Assembly (NCBI GenBank): GCA_012295275.1
Contig: CM022670.1
Coordinates: forward strand, 13,392,001-13,456,000
Direction: 5' to 3'
Origin: Chrysomallon squamiferum
Lineage: Eukaryota > Animalia > Mollusca
Length of the DNA stretch: 64,000 nt
The notes beneath the pieces were generated by a model. The model saw nothing but the letters and a program-made list of their open reading frames with translations, was not told the DNA's origin and did no database searches. The translations under genes were made by a program, and so were the position numbers. Position 1 is the stretch's first letter. Each line of letters starts with the position of its first letter. Of this stretch, positions 1 to 14,724 are shown piece after piece.

Positions 1-165
1 CGTACGTACTTAAAATTATATAATTATTTATCAGAAGTATCATATGATCTTCGTTCTTTCATTTCATTTCTTCCAACATTTCGATTATTTCCAGTATTTG
101 TTTCAGAAACGCAGTAACATACATCATGCAAAATGAATAATCTGACGCAATGTGTAGTCTGTCTG

Positions 166-196
<31 letters not shown>

Positions 197-388
197 GTAA
201 CAAAACACTAATTTCATTAAATTTCTTGAGAGAGAAATATGCTGTTTAATTTTTATTTATTTATTACATTAGACAAAAAAATGAAAAATAAATAAAACAA
301 AGGAACAAAAAAATTTACAAAAAAAAACAACATACTAAAAAAATGAAACACTTGACACTCAAATCTTTATTATCATTTGCACTTTCAG

Positions 389-3300
389 ATGAACGGTTTC
401 TTTCAGCAGTTAAGTTTGGCAATGTCAGAGAAGTTGAAAGGTTAGATTAGTAATATGAATGATAATTTTATTTAGTTGTATATATGTATTATGTCACAAT
501 ACAATTATAAAATACTTTTTTTATATTTATGTAACAATATAGACTGACTGTTTTCTCATAAGTTGTAATAAATCAATTCAAATTTTAGAATACACAAATA
601 ACAATAATGAATATATTGGAGAAATTTTAAAAACATTTATTGTTATTGTTATTGGATAATTTTATATGAACTTACTACATAATACATTATATTTAACGAA
701 TATTAATCACAAAAGTTATTTTAGGCTGTGTTATTCATGATCTGTAAAAATAAACAGTTAAATAAAAATAAAATTAAAAGATCATGAAACTGAATAATGT
801 TTATTTTGTAGTTTTCATGTTATATAATTAGTGAAGTTTTCAAAATGATTATTTAATTAGAAGTGTATTTTTCTGTTAATGAGACTTATCAAACTTGGTG
901 TTGATGTCAACAAACGACATGAACTGGGCTGGACGGCTTTGCACGTTGCAGCAATAAACCAAAAAGCAGAGTATGTATGATAATAATTTTTATTGGAGAT
1001 TGGTATGTGACTTATATCCAGAAATATATTTGTTTCATTTAAATTAAAATTGTACTATTTAATATAGTTTTAAATATTTAAAATTAATAACTGCAGCAAT
1101 TTTGATTTTTCATTTCACAGAAAGAAAGTAATTTATCAGTCATGTGAATTATTTTACCATTTTCATTTTTAGAAAATTTCACTCTGTTGTTTCTGTGAGC
1201 TTCCACTTTTATTGAAGAAAGAAAAGTTATACATTTTACTAACCTGTGTCATAGAATTAAAATTATTTATTCTCAGTGGTTGATATTTTCCATCTAATTA
1301 ATACCTGTAAACAATATATTTTTGTAGAGTACTCAAGATATTACTGAAAGCTGGTGCAGACCCAAATTTGGGTGATGAATATATCAGTGTTAATCAAACT
1401 GCCAGAGAAAAACATCTAAATTCCCTACAAGGTAAGCATGTAATAAAAAAGACAGTTTATAGATTCAGGTGACCTGCTTTTCAGGAACTAAAGAACTTAC
1501 AAAGGTGATAGAAACAATAGTATATCAATCTTTCTTGATGAATTCATTTATTTACTCAATGTAGAATATATGTTCCTTTTGTTTTGATTATTGAAAAAAG
1601 GCAAAGGGTTAATATGTTTCTTTCTTGTGTTTACAAAAAGACTTCATTTTGAATAATTCAGTTTCATGCATGGAATTTCACATTTATAATTTCACAAATG
1701 TAAATTACTATTCAGATTCTTTTACTTAAGAGAAAGAGAAAAGATATATGTGGTAAAGAGCAGTATTCATGTTTATGATAATAAGATAACATAAAATATT
1801 AGTATTTTTAAAATGTGTGTGTAGCTCACTGCAATCATATCTCATAGATTATTAATCGTATCTTAATTACACAGAATGGTACTTTCATTTTCAGTGATGA
1901 TTACACGAGAAGACGAGTTCTCTGATCGTCTCAATAACAGAGCTACTTTCAAAGGTTGTACAGCATTGCACTATGCTGTGTTAGCAGATAACAAAAACAT
2001 TGTTATCCTGTTACTAGAATCAGGTAATTTATTATACTTTGTCAGCCAATAACAAACACCCTGTTATTATGTCACTTAACTAAGAAAATAAAATGAAAAG
2101 TGTTTATCATATTTGTGAAGTTGGTTCAGTTTTATATAAAGACTTTGGAAATATAAATTAATTTTGTTAATATTTTAACTGTGTGAATATATTTTGGTTG
2201 ATATTTAGGTGCAGATCCTATGATTGAGAATGCTCTAGGACACAAAGCTGTAGACTATGTTAGAGACACAGAAATCAAGGATGTGTTGATTGAGTATGAA
2301 AAAAAGGTAATTCTGATTTCATAAATTAATACATTTTAAGGCTAGTCTTTATGTATTTAAAATTTCTCTGGATAAAAATACTTATTTAACAATAACATAG
2401 CTATAAATCTTTACAGCATAACATTTAACAGACCAAAACACACAGACAAACACACACACACACACACACACACTGGCTGTCTTTTATAATTAATCTTCCC
2501 TTCTTCTTGTATTTATGTAGCTTTACTTTTTCAATTAATTTATTTTAAAAACTAATTTTAATTTTTAATTTTGTTTTATTTCAAACTATTTCGCAATTTA
2601 AATGGTATTTCCTGGAATTTTTTAATCCGTTCTAGTTTAAAAAAGTGCAAGCACAAAAAGAAGCTGAGGAAAGAAGACGTTTTCCTCTTGAACTTCGACT
2701 GAAAGAACACATCATTGGACAGGAATCTGCAATCAACACAGTAGCTGCTGGTACAGTGTCTTTACAGTAGAATTATTTTGCTAAAATATGGTTATATGTA
2801 ATAAGAACATTTATTTTATTGAAATACGAATAACTCTATTACTAGTTTGTATTCATGTGATATTATTTTATTTATAAATGTGCAGTTCATGATTCTGTAA
2901 ATTGTTGTTTTTGTTATTATTATTATTATAATTATTATTGTTATTATTTGTTCAGCAATAAGAAGAAAAGAAAATGGTTGGTATGATGAAGATCATCCTC
3001 TAGTTTTCCTCTTTCTTGGTTCATCAGGCATTGGTAAGTTTAAAATCAGTCACTTAAGAAAATGCCTGTATAAAATAAAAAATGTAGACAAAAAAAAGAA
3101 AGGTTGTGATAAACTATAACACAAAATGATGAAAGGCCTAATGAATATAAATGTTTTTTGTTTGTTACATGTTTAATTTTAAATTCTTAGTTCAGTAAAT
3201 GTGAAACATTAGGCCTGAATGATGTTATTGGTTTGTCACATGATTTCATTCAAACTATTGCTCTCTAAATGTTTGAAAAAAATATAATTTATCTTTGGAA

Positions 3301-6006
3301 AGATGGGTGAATAGAAGAACTATGTTTTGATTTCAGGTAAAACTGAATTGGCCAAACAGATTGCAAATTATTTGCACAAAGATGTAAAGAAGGTAATATA
3401 TTAAAACATGTTGATATAAAGATTTTTAAAACATTTTTAAATTCATATTACTTTACATATTTAAAAAATTTCAGAATATTGGAGATAATGTTTTATTTGT
3501 GATCGATAGATTTTTCTCCAAAACTCATTCAATTCTGATTCTCTTGATTCATTTATTTTTTAAAACATTTTGAAGGAAGTTAATGTTGAAAGAAAATTTT
3601 ATATTTGTTTTACTTTTAGGGTTTTGTCAGAATTGACATGTCAGAATATCAAGAGAAACATGAGGTAATCATTTTTGCTATTTTCTGATCTAAGATTTGG
3701 ATAAATGAATATAAAAACCTTGCTTCAGTGTAATAGTAATAGCTATTAGGTGTCCAGTATGCAGAAACCTGCTGATATTACTGCATGGACTACTAAGATA
3801 TCATAAATTGTATGGTGCAGTGATTTTTAATGTGAATTTGTATTTTAAATATATATATATATATATTTTAAATCCAAATACTTTTACTTTGCAACATAAT
3901 TCACTGTATTTCTGTTAACAGTATAAGTAATGGTCCCACTTTAAAAAGTATTTGAAAAGAATTCTCAAAAAAGGAGAAAGATTAAGAACCACTAGTATAG
4001 ACAAACACACCATAGGTTTTGTTTGAATTAACTGGATACATATGGAATTTCTGTTTGTATATAATATATAAGTTTGTAATATAATATACAAGACACTTTT
4101 AGTTACTTCTTTATAATCCATGTAGTATTAATGAATCCTTTATGTTCAGGTTGCCAAGTTCATTGGATCTCCTCCAGGTTACATTGGTCATGAGGAAGGT
4201 GGACAGTTGACCAAGAAACTGACTGAATGTCCAACAGCAGTTGTCTTGTTTGATGAAGTTGACAAAGCTCATGCTGATGTGCTGACGATAATGCTGCAAT
4301 TGTTTGATGAGGTGCTTACTGACAAGCTATTTTTGAATATACCTAGAATTTATCTTTATAGGTCTATAGTTTATCCTTTTTAAGTCATTGATTGTAATAA
4401 CACATTGTTTTCTGTTGTACAGCTTTTTTTTGACCATTTTGTTTTGCAGGGTCGACTAACAGATGGGAAAGGTAAAACCATTGAATGCAAAGATGCTATT
4501 TTTATCATGACGTCAAACTTAGCCAGTGAGGAGATTGCAGAACATGCTCTTCAGCTGAGAGAAGAAGCTGAAAAAATAGGCAAACAGAGGCAGTCTGGAA
4601 GCTTAGGTAAGAACATTTGTAAATTAACTTTTTATTACCTACACAGTATATACTCAACGTAACCTTTGTCTGGACTGCTTTTAACAGTGATGGATTTGAA
4701 TATTGTTTTAGTAACCTTTTCAAAATTATTATTCAGATTTTGATTAATTTATTATTAAAATGCCTGAAATACTGTATCTAGTTCATGATACTTAACACTT
4801 AATTTCTGAGGAATATGTTTCCTTTTTTTTAATTTATTTTTATGTTATTTGATTTAAATATTTGAAATTTAATAAAATTATCCAATATTTATTTACCTAT
4901 TTGTGATAAATACTTTTTTTTCATTTTGAATTAATGTGTTTCAATGTATTTCTGTCTCAGAATGTTTGGAAAGTGAGAAAATTACAATTTCAAGGACATT
5001 CAAAGACAAAGTTGTTCGTCCTATCTTGAAGAGACATTTTCGAAGAGACGAGTTCCTGGGACGAATCAATGAGATTGTTTACTTTCTGCCTTTCTCACGT
5101 TCAGAACTCAGCAAGCTGGTAACAAAAGAGCTAGAATTTTGGGCTCAGAGGGTGAGAAATAAAATAAAATTTTCAAGAGAAATAAGAAAAAAAAAATAAA
5201 ATAAAATACATTTTAAATGTTTTTGAAATATTTTGCATTACATTCCAATGGATGTAGAAGGATCTTTTAACAATTAGTTTAATGTTCATTTTATTTACAA
5301 ATATGAAATATGACATTTTATTTTTTTTATTTATATTTACTTTGTATAGCATATTTTAACAGAAATGAGTTTTTAAAAATCCTGATTTCAGGCGAGAAAG
5401 AAACACAACATTCAGCTGAAATGGGACCACCATGTAATTGATGTTTTGGCTGATGGTTACGATGTCCACTATGGAGCTAGATCTATTAAATATGAGGTAA
5501 CTACATATCTAGCATGTCATTTTTAACAATTTTCCTTTTATTAACTTAATAACTTCCTCTATGTTAACTTGGTCAAAGAGTATTTATTTATGAAAGATTT
5601 TTTTTTTTTTAAATACCAAAGTTTAAAAATATGATTTTAGTCTTTAGAAATATAATATATGTACAAGAACAGCTCAGAAAAATTGGTTTCTCATTGATAT
5701 ATCATCAATGTGTAAAAAAATAAGTTGCAAACAATGTCAGTAATATTTTAGGTTGAGAGACGAGTTGTCAGTCAGTTGGCTATGGCTCACGAGCGTCAGC
5801 TGATTGACGAGGGATCTGTCATCAAACTGACAGTTCCTGACAGTGAAGATGTGTTACTGAAATCTCGAGACAGAACAAGATCAGAGTTGGAAGGATCATG
5901 TGGAAGTGCCATCAGACTTCAGATCTTGAAGAAAGGTTCAAAAGATAAGTTCATTGATGTGGAGTGGGACAAGTGGGATAATCCTTTCTCTGCTGGCTTC
6001 AAGTAA
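389..6006 (+). CDS. CLPB: Mitochondrial disaggregase CLPB/Skd3 (ankyrin repeats + single AAA+ domain), 5'-partial, 14 exons
   Basis: GT-AG exons chain in frame: 389-440, 884-970, 1328-1431, 1895-2023, 2209-2306, 2636-2750, 2956-3033, 3337-3392, 3620-3664, 4150-4311, 4450-4606, 4961-5151, 5392-5496, 5752-6006 (TAA). The translation has ankyrin motifs ([20 protein letters not shown]), [16 protein letters not shown], Walker A GSSGIGKT, pore loop GSPPGYIG, Walker [20 protein letters not shown] and YGARSI, collinear with human CLPB as recalled. Start exon not identified. Confidence 0.96.
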
Positions 6007-9000
6007 ATCAAAATTCCCAGTGACATGAAAAATAAAGAAAACCCCCCCAAAACAAAACGAAAGACATATTATATATACATTAAGAAACATTTGATTTTCA
6101 TGATACATGACTGTTCTGTATTTTTCTTTCAGCTAATAACTATCATATATATAGAACAAAACAAAATAAATCTGTACAAGTCCAGATAAAGTATCACAGT
6201 CTTTTTGATAAAACTGTTCTTTCATCCATGGAAACTGTTAACTTAAACTGTCTACAAAAAGAAAAGAAGTCAGTCCAATCAAAATCCCTATAATGCGTGT
6301 CTTAAGTGAATATCTTGTGAAAGGCTGGATTCCATTAGAATAGCAGAGTTGTAAATGTTCTACACTTCTTGATATTTGTATTCATTTGTAAAATTTTACA
6401 ACAAAAGAATATTTTCATTCGAAAAATACCACAGTTTTTAAAAAATTTCATTGGTTTCTGGAAAGTGATGAGGACAAAAATATTAGATTTTATCTTTTCA
6501 TAACAGTATTTTGTTATTCAGATAACAGTAACCTTATAGGTAGTGGATGTGGATCAATATTCAGGTGACTTTTCTAGGTATTTATTATAAAAGGAATTGA
6601 TAGACAGAAAATAATCCATAGTGCTGTTTATTTGTAGATGTCTAAATGTGGTGTATGTGTGTGCATCTGAGATACGTAAAAAAAACAAATTCCAAAAATG
6701 TTCAGTTCATGATTTATAAAACTCTCTCGGTCTTTCAGAATAAATATATTTGTTATAAAAATCAGCTTTTGTCTTTTTATTTATATAATTTATATATTTT
6801 TTTACTATTTTACTGTGCTTTTGTTATTTATAATTAAGACAGTAAGTTTCAGGTTATCTTCATCATCAGTGAGTAAATGAATGGCAGTTTTCTTATCAGT
6901 TTTTTTACATATAAAACATAACCCGATTATAATCAACTTAAAAAACCCAACTGCTTCCTCCATTATTTCAGGAGTTGCAAAACCATCACATTTTCTATGA
7001 AAGACTGGCTTTGTTAGAGAATTTGACTGTCGCAGGAATGCTTTGCAACACCTTGCTCTGATCAGCATGTTAATTTTTTTCACTCATTCACTCATATTTT
7101 ATTATTACTAAAGGTGTATCTTCAGTAACAAAATAGTCCTTTTAAGCATAAAAAATGTGTAACAATAAACAAAACAACAAAGGATGTTATGTAACAATAA
7201 TTTTTATTAATCATCTGATTAACATACATTTTCAACAGAACACTCCTTTTCAAGAACATATCTATTTTTCAAAATATATACATCTGTAGATAAGTAGATT
7301 TAAGTTATTTTTGATTTGTGCATAAACAAATCTTATAATAACCACCAAGTACATGTAAGCCTTCTGTAATACAAAAACAAAACATATATATATATATGGG
7401 ATTTTCCATGAATTTTAGTATGCATAAAAACTTTTAATATTTTAATTTATCTACATGTGTAGTAAGTCTGATAAAATTTCATAATAATAAATGAAGACTT
7501 AAATTGATTAATATAAGAATAATCATAAATAATAAAGTAATCAGAATCATAATAACCAGGAATCTTTGAATGTCAAAAACCACACAGATGGATGGATAAA
7601 AATAAATGAACAACTCCAAACAAAATATTAATTCATATTATTCACTTTGATCAACTGAATTTTGTTTAACATTTATTTTGAACTATAACTAATGAGATTT
7701 TGTGTGAATTAAAAATAAATCAGACTTTTTGTGTGTACATCATTTTTGTTATATGCCATAATCTAACAAAACTGAACTCACATTAATTTTTACAGCTGTA
7801 TGTGCACTTGCTGGACCAAATTGAGTCTTGCCTTTGATTATACACCTATATTAATTAGACTGAGCTGAAACTTGAATGTGTAAAATCACTACTCAGACTA
7901 GGTCTAGTTTAGGATTACCAAATTCATCAATATTACTAATTAATTGTTTTTTTTCTCATAACATAGGATACATACTATATGCTTCTCCCTAATCATATTT
8001 GAAAAATCTTGGTGGATTTGCAAATATTCAAATATCTGAGGATTTCACAGATGCTTTCAAAACCAGATTTTGGATAAATTGGGATTATGACTTTCACCTA
8101 AATCGACATAGTCATTAATTCTCCCACACCCTTTTTCTCAGTGCCTTTCTTGTGTTCTTCAGATTAGCTCTAGCCTTTCAAATAGGCAGTGCAGAATTTA
8201 ACAAACTCTAGCCAATAGTATCTGGTATATATGCAGAGATACATATATCACTCTCTGGAAGCCAGTTCATGAAAATTAATGAAAATTCTATATTACCGAT
8301 ATTAATATATTAATTAAATAACTTATGCACTTTAAATAATAATATACTGGAATATGACATCTAGTACTATTTTTTCTAAAATATGTATTATGAGACAGAT
8401 GAAAGCAGTGTCTTCATTGTTGCTGAGACAGTCAAAAATATCTGTGGTACACCAGAAAGTGATGTTCTAGTTTTCAGCCTATTTTATTATTATTATTATT
8501 ATTTATATGTGAAATTTATAATTTATGATAAATAATTTATGACTTCTGGCGCAAAGTATCAAGAAATCTGAAATCCTTTAGCTTGAAAACGTAAGTTGTA
8601 AATACAATTGCACTATCTGAAAATGCAAATGTTTGGCTTACATTAATGTGTTTGTTTTCTTACTTTGAGTAACGTTTGCATAATACATACAGAAGCTAAG
8701 ACAACAGTGTTTTTCAGTTATTCTAGTAATTCCAATATTAACTTTTATGAACAAAATGATTTGGGGGAAAGAAGAATATATACATTTGTCCTCAGGACCA
8801 AAATTGAACTAAGTCTTCAAAAATAATACAGAATACTGTAAATATTCACATCCTTTCCCAAACAGCATCATCTTCAACCAGAGTTCACATGTTAATGATA
8901 AACTTTTCATTTTTGAAATGTTCTTGCATAATCCTATTCCCAAATATTTATCAAATTGCTGAAGGGATTTGAAAAAAAAAAAATAATATTAACAAATATG

Positions 9001-9037
9001 TCTTTGAATAATTAGAACAAAAACACTGCAGGAAAAT

Positions 9038-11358
9038 TTAGAATACGAATCTTGAGCCCGATGTGTCGAGACCACTCAGGCCTCCACTACCACCTCCACA
9101 ACTTCCTAGTGGCCCAGGGCTGTCGTCATCATCATCTCTCCAGTTGCTGGTACACTGGGAGATTGTTGAGCTTGTTGAGCTGGTTCTTTTTCTTCTTTCT
9201 GCCTTTGCCTTGGCAGCCAGTTCTTGTTCCTGCAACACAGAAACATATAAATGTCTGAATGGATTTGCATGTGTATGTTAACCAGGACTGTAAAATGGTA
9301 AATGTGTGTAACTTTGGATGTACGTGTCTACAAATTGAGTGAATAAATGTTAATCAACACTAGGTATAACTTACATTTGTATAAATGAGGATATTTTTTT
9401 ATTTTTTTTTTTGGTAGGAGAGGTATTGCTGTATTTTATGTTTTTTCTTGTGTAGTGTTTTTTTACCAGAAAACAAGAATGGCTCTATCAGTGAAGAGTA
9501 AAAAGGTAAGTTACCTGCAAGTACTGAGTATTATCTTTAGTAACTGCTGTCCGGAGATCTGGTCTGATTTCAGGTTCCACCAAGACACCGCGAGCACCCT
9601 GATTAAAAGTTGACCCCAAAACCTCCTTGGAATCCAAGTCAATCTTGTGGTAAATGAGAACATAGGGAGTGTCTTTGCGGAATCGCTTGGTAACTGTGCT
9701 GAATGAGCTGTAGTCAGCGAAAGAGACACGGCTGTCGTTGAACAGGTACCACTTGTCTTGAAGGAAATCCACCTCCTGGCTGGAGTCGCGATCCACCTCC
9801 TCACACACTGTCTGTATTGATTTGAGCAAGGAATGACGAGCATAGCAGTAGTAGTGGCCACATTCTGACGACGTTCCTGAGTGAACAACCACAGCACACA
9901 GACTGTAGATATCCTTGTCATCAGGGTTGTTTTCTTCCATCGTGTACAGCTTCTGTAGAAGTTTTGGTGGGAGAATGCGCTGCCTTTTGTTTTGTGGGAC
10001 TTTCGGGTCTGCATTGGTGGAATTTTCAGAAGGAAGGATTAAAGTTCTGGGATATTTCACTTCACGGAATATCTTCGATCTTGTCTGCAAATTGATATCA
10101 TACGAGAAGCGCAGAAGGGTTAAAATTAGGTATTCCGGTGACTGGGTAATTTTCATTCTTCTCTCTCCTTCCTGCAAGCCTTTGCACTTATTGCAGTGGT
10201 ATTTATTATCTCCTGTGAGCTTTTCCACCTGGAGGAAATGTGAAATCAAAGAATCCAGCCTCAGACTTGATTCGGTCACAGCAGAACTTCCCCCTTCTTT
10301 ATCCAGGCAATCTTTTTCTACAATCTCTCTGTCAAAATGGTGGTCTTTTGCATTGCCACCTGCTAGAGATTTGTGAGATGTCTGCTCATATTCAGGAAAG
10401 GCCAGTGGAATGTCATAAAAACATTCTGTGCGGGATGATTCAGTTTTGCAATTCAGACATTTAAATGTGGAGCAGAATTTGCCTCCAAATGTTTTCTGGA
10501 TAAGAGTTGGGGCTTCTTCGTGTTCTTGTGTACAAACTTTCAATCCTTTGTCATCTTTGGATTTTTTGCTGCTTTTAGATTTTGTGGATTTTGGGTTGTG
10601 TATTTTTTCTGTGACTGTTTTTCGAGTTCGTGCAGCTGATCGACCAGGTACTTGAGGAACTCGGAACAGTCCTGCTGAAAACCTGCGGTGAACCAAGGAG
10701 GTCTTGAAGCCTGCAGAAAATTCACTGCTGCAACTGAAGGTCTCTGAAAAATATGAAATAACACATCATACACAAATTCTGTTGTTCACAATACGTTAAT
10801 GCATTTTAATATTAATGATCTACAGCTGTCACTCCTATGCTTTATATGTGATAATAAACCAGAGAAAGTCATACATTCTGCAATTCTGTCAACTATTTAT
10901 TATTTAGTAGTGAATAATCTTTTATATGCACTTTTTATTAAAACAACTGTAATAATAAAGTAATGTTTCAAGGAAACAATTCCTACAAAGAAATCTAAAT
11001 GTTAGTCGCAGTTGTTTCCCCTGAATATAAATGGTCTGAAATGCATTTAAAGTGAAAAGGAAAGAAAAAGATTCACATTTTTACATCATATTCATAGCTT
11101 AGAAAATTAAAAATAATAATAATAATAGAAAAAGATAAAAATTTAAAAAAAAAAAAAAAAGAGGAGGAAAAGGACATACCTGGGACAGCCTGAGAAATGC
11201 AAATGTCTCCTGAAGACGACTCATTAACTCCTGGTTTTGTAAAGAAGTTTGTGCTAAAACTCTTTCTTGAAATCTGCAATAACAATTATCATAACAGTAT
11301 TAAACAAACAATTAATTTGTGAATACCAAAAATATATTTAAACGGTGTGTGTTTACAT

Positions 11359-11389
<31 letters not shown>

Positions 11390-13734
11390 AAATGCATACA
11401 CACAGATATACACACACACACACACATATATATATGTATGCATATACAAATATATATACACAGACACAGACCCACACCCACATGCACACACACACAGTCT
11501 AAATACTTCAGTAAACTTCAAGAGACTTTCACAAGTGAAAATTAATTTTACACCAGACATTAAAGTTGATTGCAACTAGTCAACATGAAAGTTGATCATA
11601 ATTAGTTACATCAAACATAAAGGTAAATTTTAACAAGTTAAATCACACATAAATGTTGATTAACTAGTTGCATCAGATATAAAAGTTGATTTCAACTAGT
11701 TACATGACATAAATGCTAATTAAATAGTTATGTAACAAATAAAAGTTGATAATAACTAATTAAATGCAATAAAGGTCAATTCTAACTAGCTGCTTCACTC
11801 ATAAAAATTGATAAAACTAGTCATATCACACCTGAACATTAATTAACTAGTTATGTCACATGCGAAAGTTCAGTTCAAATAGACAAATGGCACATAAATG
11901 TTTATTTTAACCAGCTGCATCACATATAAAATTATTTTTAACACTGTATCTCACATCAAAGTTGATTTTTTCTAGAACTTTACATCATACGTGAAAGCTG
12001 ATTTTAACAAATTATATCAGATATGAATGTTCATTTAAACTAGTTATTTCACACACAATTAAATAATTGGTTCGATAAGATGCATGTACATCATATATAA
12101 ATAAATTGTTTTAACAAGTTATATCATGCATAAATTATTGTTTTAACAAGTTATATCATGCATAAATTATTGTTTTAACAAGTTATATCATACATAAATT
12201 ATTGTTTTAACAACATATATCATATATAAATAAATTATTTTTTTAACTAGTTACATCATATATATGTATACACGCAGTGGACTTTGTGAAAACGGGTCTT
12301 TGACTAATCTGGATTTCTGCATAAACCGACACCATGTCAAAGTCCCGTCCACCTACCATTAATCTACTGTGAACAAAATCCTGTCTAATCCAGATGCTTT
12401 GGATTCCACGTGTAAATTCCAGAGCTAAAAAACCAGTTTATACAGTAATTTGCTTTTTCATCAGGGGCACACAGTTCTGCAGTATCATCACTTTTTAAAC
12501 AATTTCTGCAATCTGCACATAAGTAGGCTATCACATGAGATGAAATCACCCTGCTTCCCTTAAGGCTTAATAAACAATGATGCAATAGTTCTTGTAATTA
12601 CTATGTGCAGCTAAATGAACAAGATCATTATTAGTGTATGCTGATGCCTAAATGAATTCACTCATTTAGATTTAGTATCAAAAGCAGAAGTCTGCATAAA
12701 TGCATATTGTTCACATTTTCGAATTGTCTTATTGAATTTGTTGTAACGGCAGAACAACCTGTTAAATGTAAACACATCAAACTTTCATTGCAGACTGAAG
12801 CACAATTAATATAAGAGTTTTCATCAAATCCAACGTGTAAACAGAAAGATTTGGCTATGCAATTTAAGTTACGAAGACCGACTGTATCTGACATTTTAAA
12901 ACATAATGACCACTAGTGGCTATTGTACGAAAACAACATTTCAACAGAAAGAAAATGAATAACAACTGGAAAGTTGAAACATTTGAATTGATTGATGATA
13001 CAAACAATGACCTAATGGTCGAACTTTCATTCACTGACATTCTTAAAACAAATTACACCTTTTGCTTCTACTATCAAAAACAAACTTTTACAACCAGTAT
13101 TAAATATGGAGGCTGCAGCCAGTGTTAAACATGGAGGCTATGTCATCAGTGACAGACCGTTTCTCAGCTGACACTTGACAGACATTTAATTGCAGCATTC
13201 ATAATAAAAACATATTCCAGTTTATAAACTGGCTCTCTGTCTAAAAATGGCATGTCTTGTTGGTCCCAAGTGAATCCTGTTTTGACACATAAATAAATTA
13301 TTGTTTTAATGATTTTATATGTGTGTGTGTGTGTGTGTGTCTGCATATTATATATATATACATATTATTGTATCAGTGGGTTACCTGTCACACATAAAGA
13401 GAGCCTGGAGAACACTGTTCATGTAGCATGTGTTACCCAGGTTGAAGAGCCCAGTTTTTCCTGTTTCAGATTTTTCTGGAACACAGACGTGGGACGAGAA
13501 CTCTCTCTTGCTGTTTGTCGCGTGCCAGCTGTAATCCGACAGCTTTTCTTTAATCGTGTCTGGAGACGGAGCCGTGTAGTCCTGAAAATTGTAGAGAAAA
13601 TAAAGACGGTATGAAAATAATTTATTTTGAGAAGTAAATAATTTTCTGAAACATTTTTAAAAGGTTTTTAATATGTGTTTTTTTATTATTATTAATTTCT
13701 TTTTACTTATTATTTTATTTTTTATTTATCTCTG

Positions 13735-13790
<56 letters not shown>

Positions 13791-14620
13791 AATAATAATA
13801 ACAATAACAGAAATAAAAACAATAACAAATGCCATGGGTCACTGGTCGGAATGGGAAACAGAAAAGAATAGTTACTGACAAAAAATCAATCCTGTAAGCC
13901 CTGACTCTTCAGACTTGGACTTTGCTATTAAACTACGCACTTCACCTTTAATAATAAAGTTCCAAAACTTTTAAAAATAATAACAGTGCTGAAATACTCT
14001 TGTGTAATAAGTAATCCTACAAACCCATCATGATAAAACCAGACATTCTAAGAACACCTGTTTATCAGACATTCACCTTAATTGCCTCCAACACTGGATC
14101 ATAGAGATCAGGAAATCCAGTGTGTAAGTGCATCAAACAGTGAAGCAATTCGACAAACTTGTGAAGATGACGTTTGTTATCATTAGGGTCCTCTCTAAGC
14201 AGTTTGACCAGGTGTGGCACATTTGGTATGATCTGAAAACAAAAAGATTTGCTGTTTGTTAAAAATCAAAAAAAACAAAGTAATTACTATACTGTATAAA
14301 TAAAATAAAACAAAACTTAAAATGAAATCATTTCTAAGTGAAATTAAGAAATCAATTAATAAAAAACAATTTTTTTTTTAATAAATACAGCATGTAAAAT
14401 AAAACTGAACGAAAATAAAACTGAAGTGAAATTATTCCTAACTGAAATTAAGAAATTAATCAAAATAAATAAAATAATTACCACAAGTAAAAAATGAACT
14501 AACATAAAAATGAAGTGTAATCATTCAAAACTGAAATTAAGAAATCAAACATCTCATTCTCAAAAATGATACACTAACATCTGAAAACATTATAATATAT
14601 ATGCTTATTCTGTTTCAAAC

Positions 14621-14653
<33 letters not shown>

Positions 14654-14668
14654 CATCATTATTATTAA

Positions 14669-14724
<56 letters not shown>

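Noticed and set aside
9915-10655. + strand ORFs opposite the USP exon, and similar antisense ORFs over the KCTD and Ig CDSs
   Set aside because: Shadows of real coding exons with no recognisable motifs.
10610-10696. N-terminus MVHRRFSAG... of the 402-aa ORF as a separate gene start
   Set aside because: The conserved USP sequence here is in the other frame; this ORF is the downstream part of the frame-broken exon.
11165-11180. Possible U12-type donor GTATGTCCTTTT
   Set aside because: Does not match RTATCCTT; it is an ordinary GTATGT U2 donor.
11560-12260. CRISPR-like array
   Set aside because: Eukaryotic intron, degenerate tandem units without unique spacers, and no cas genes.
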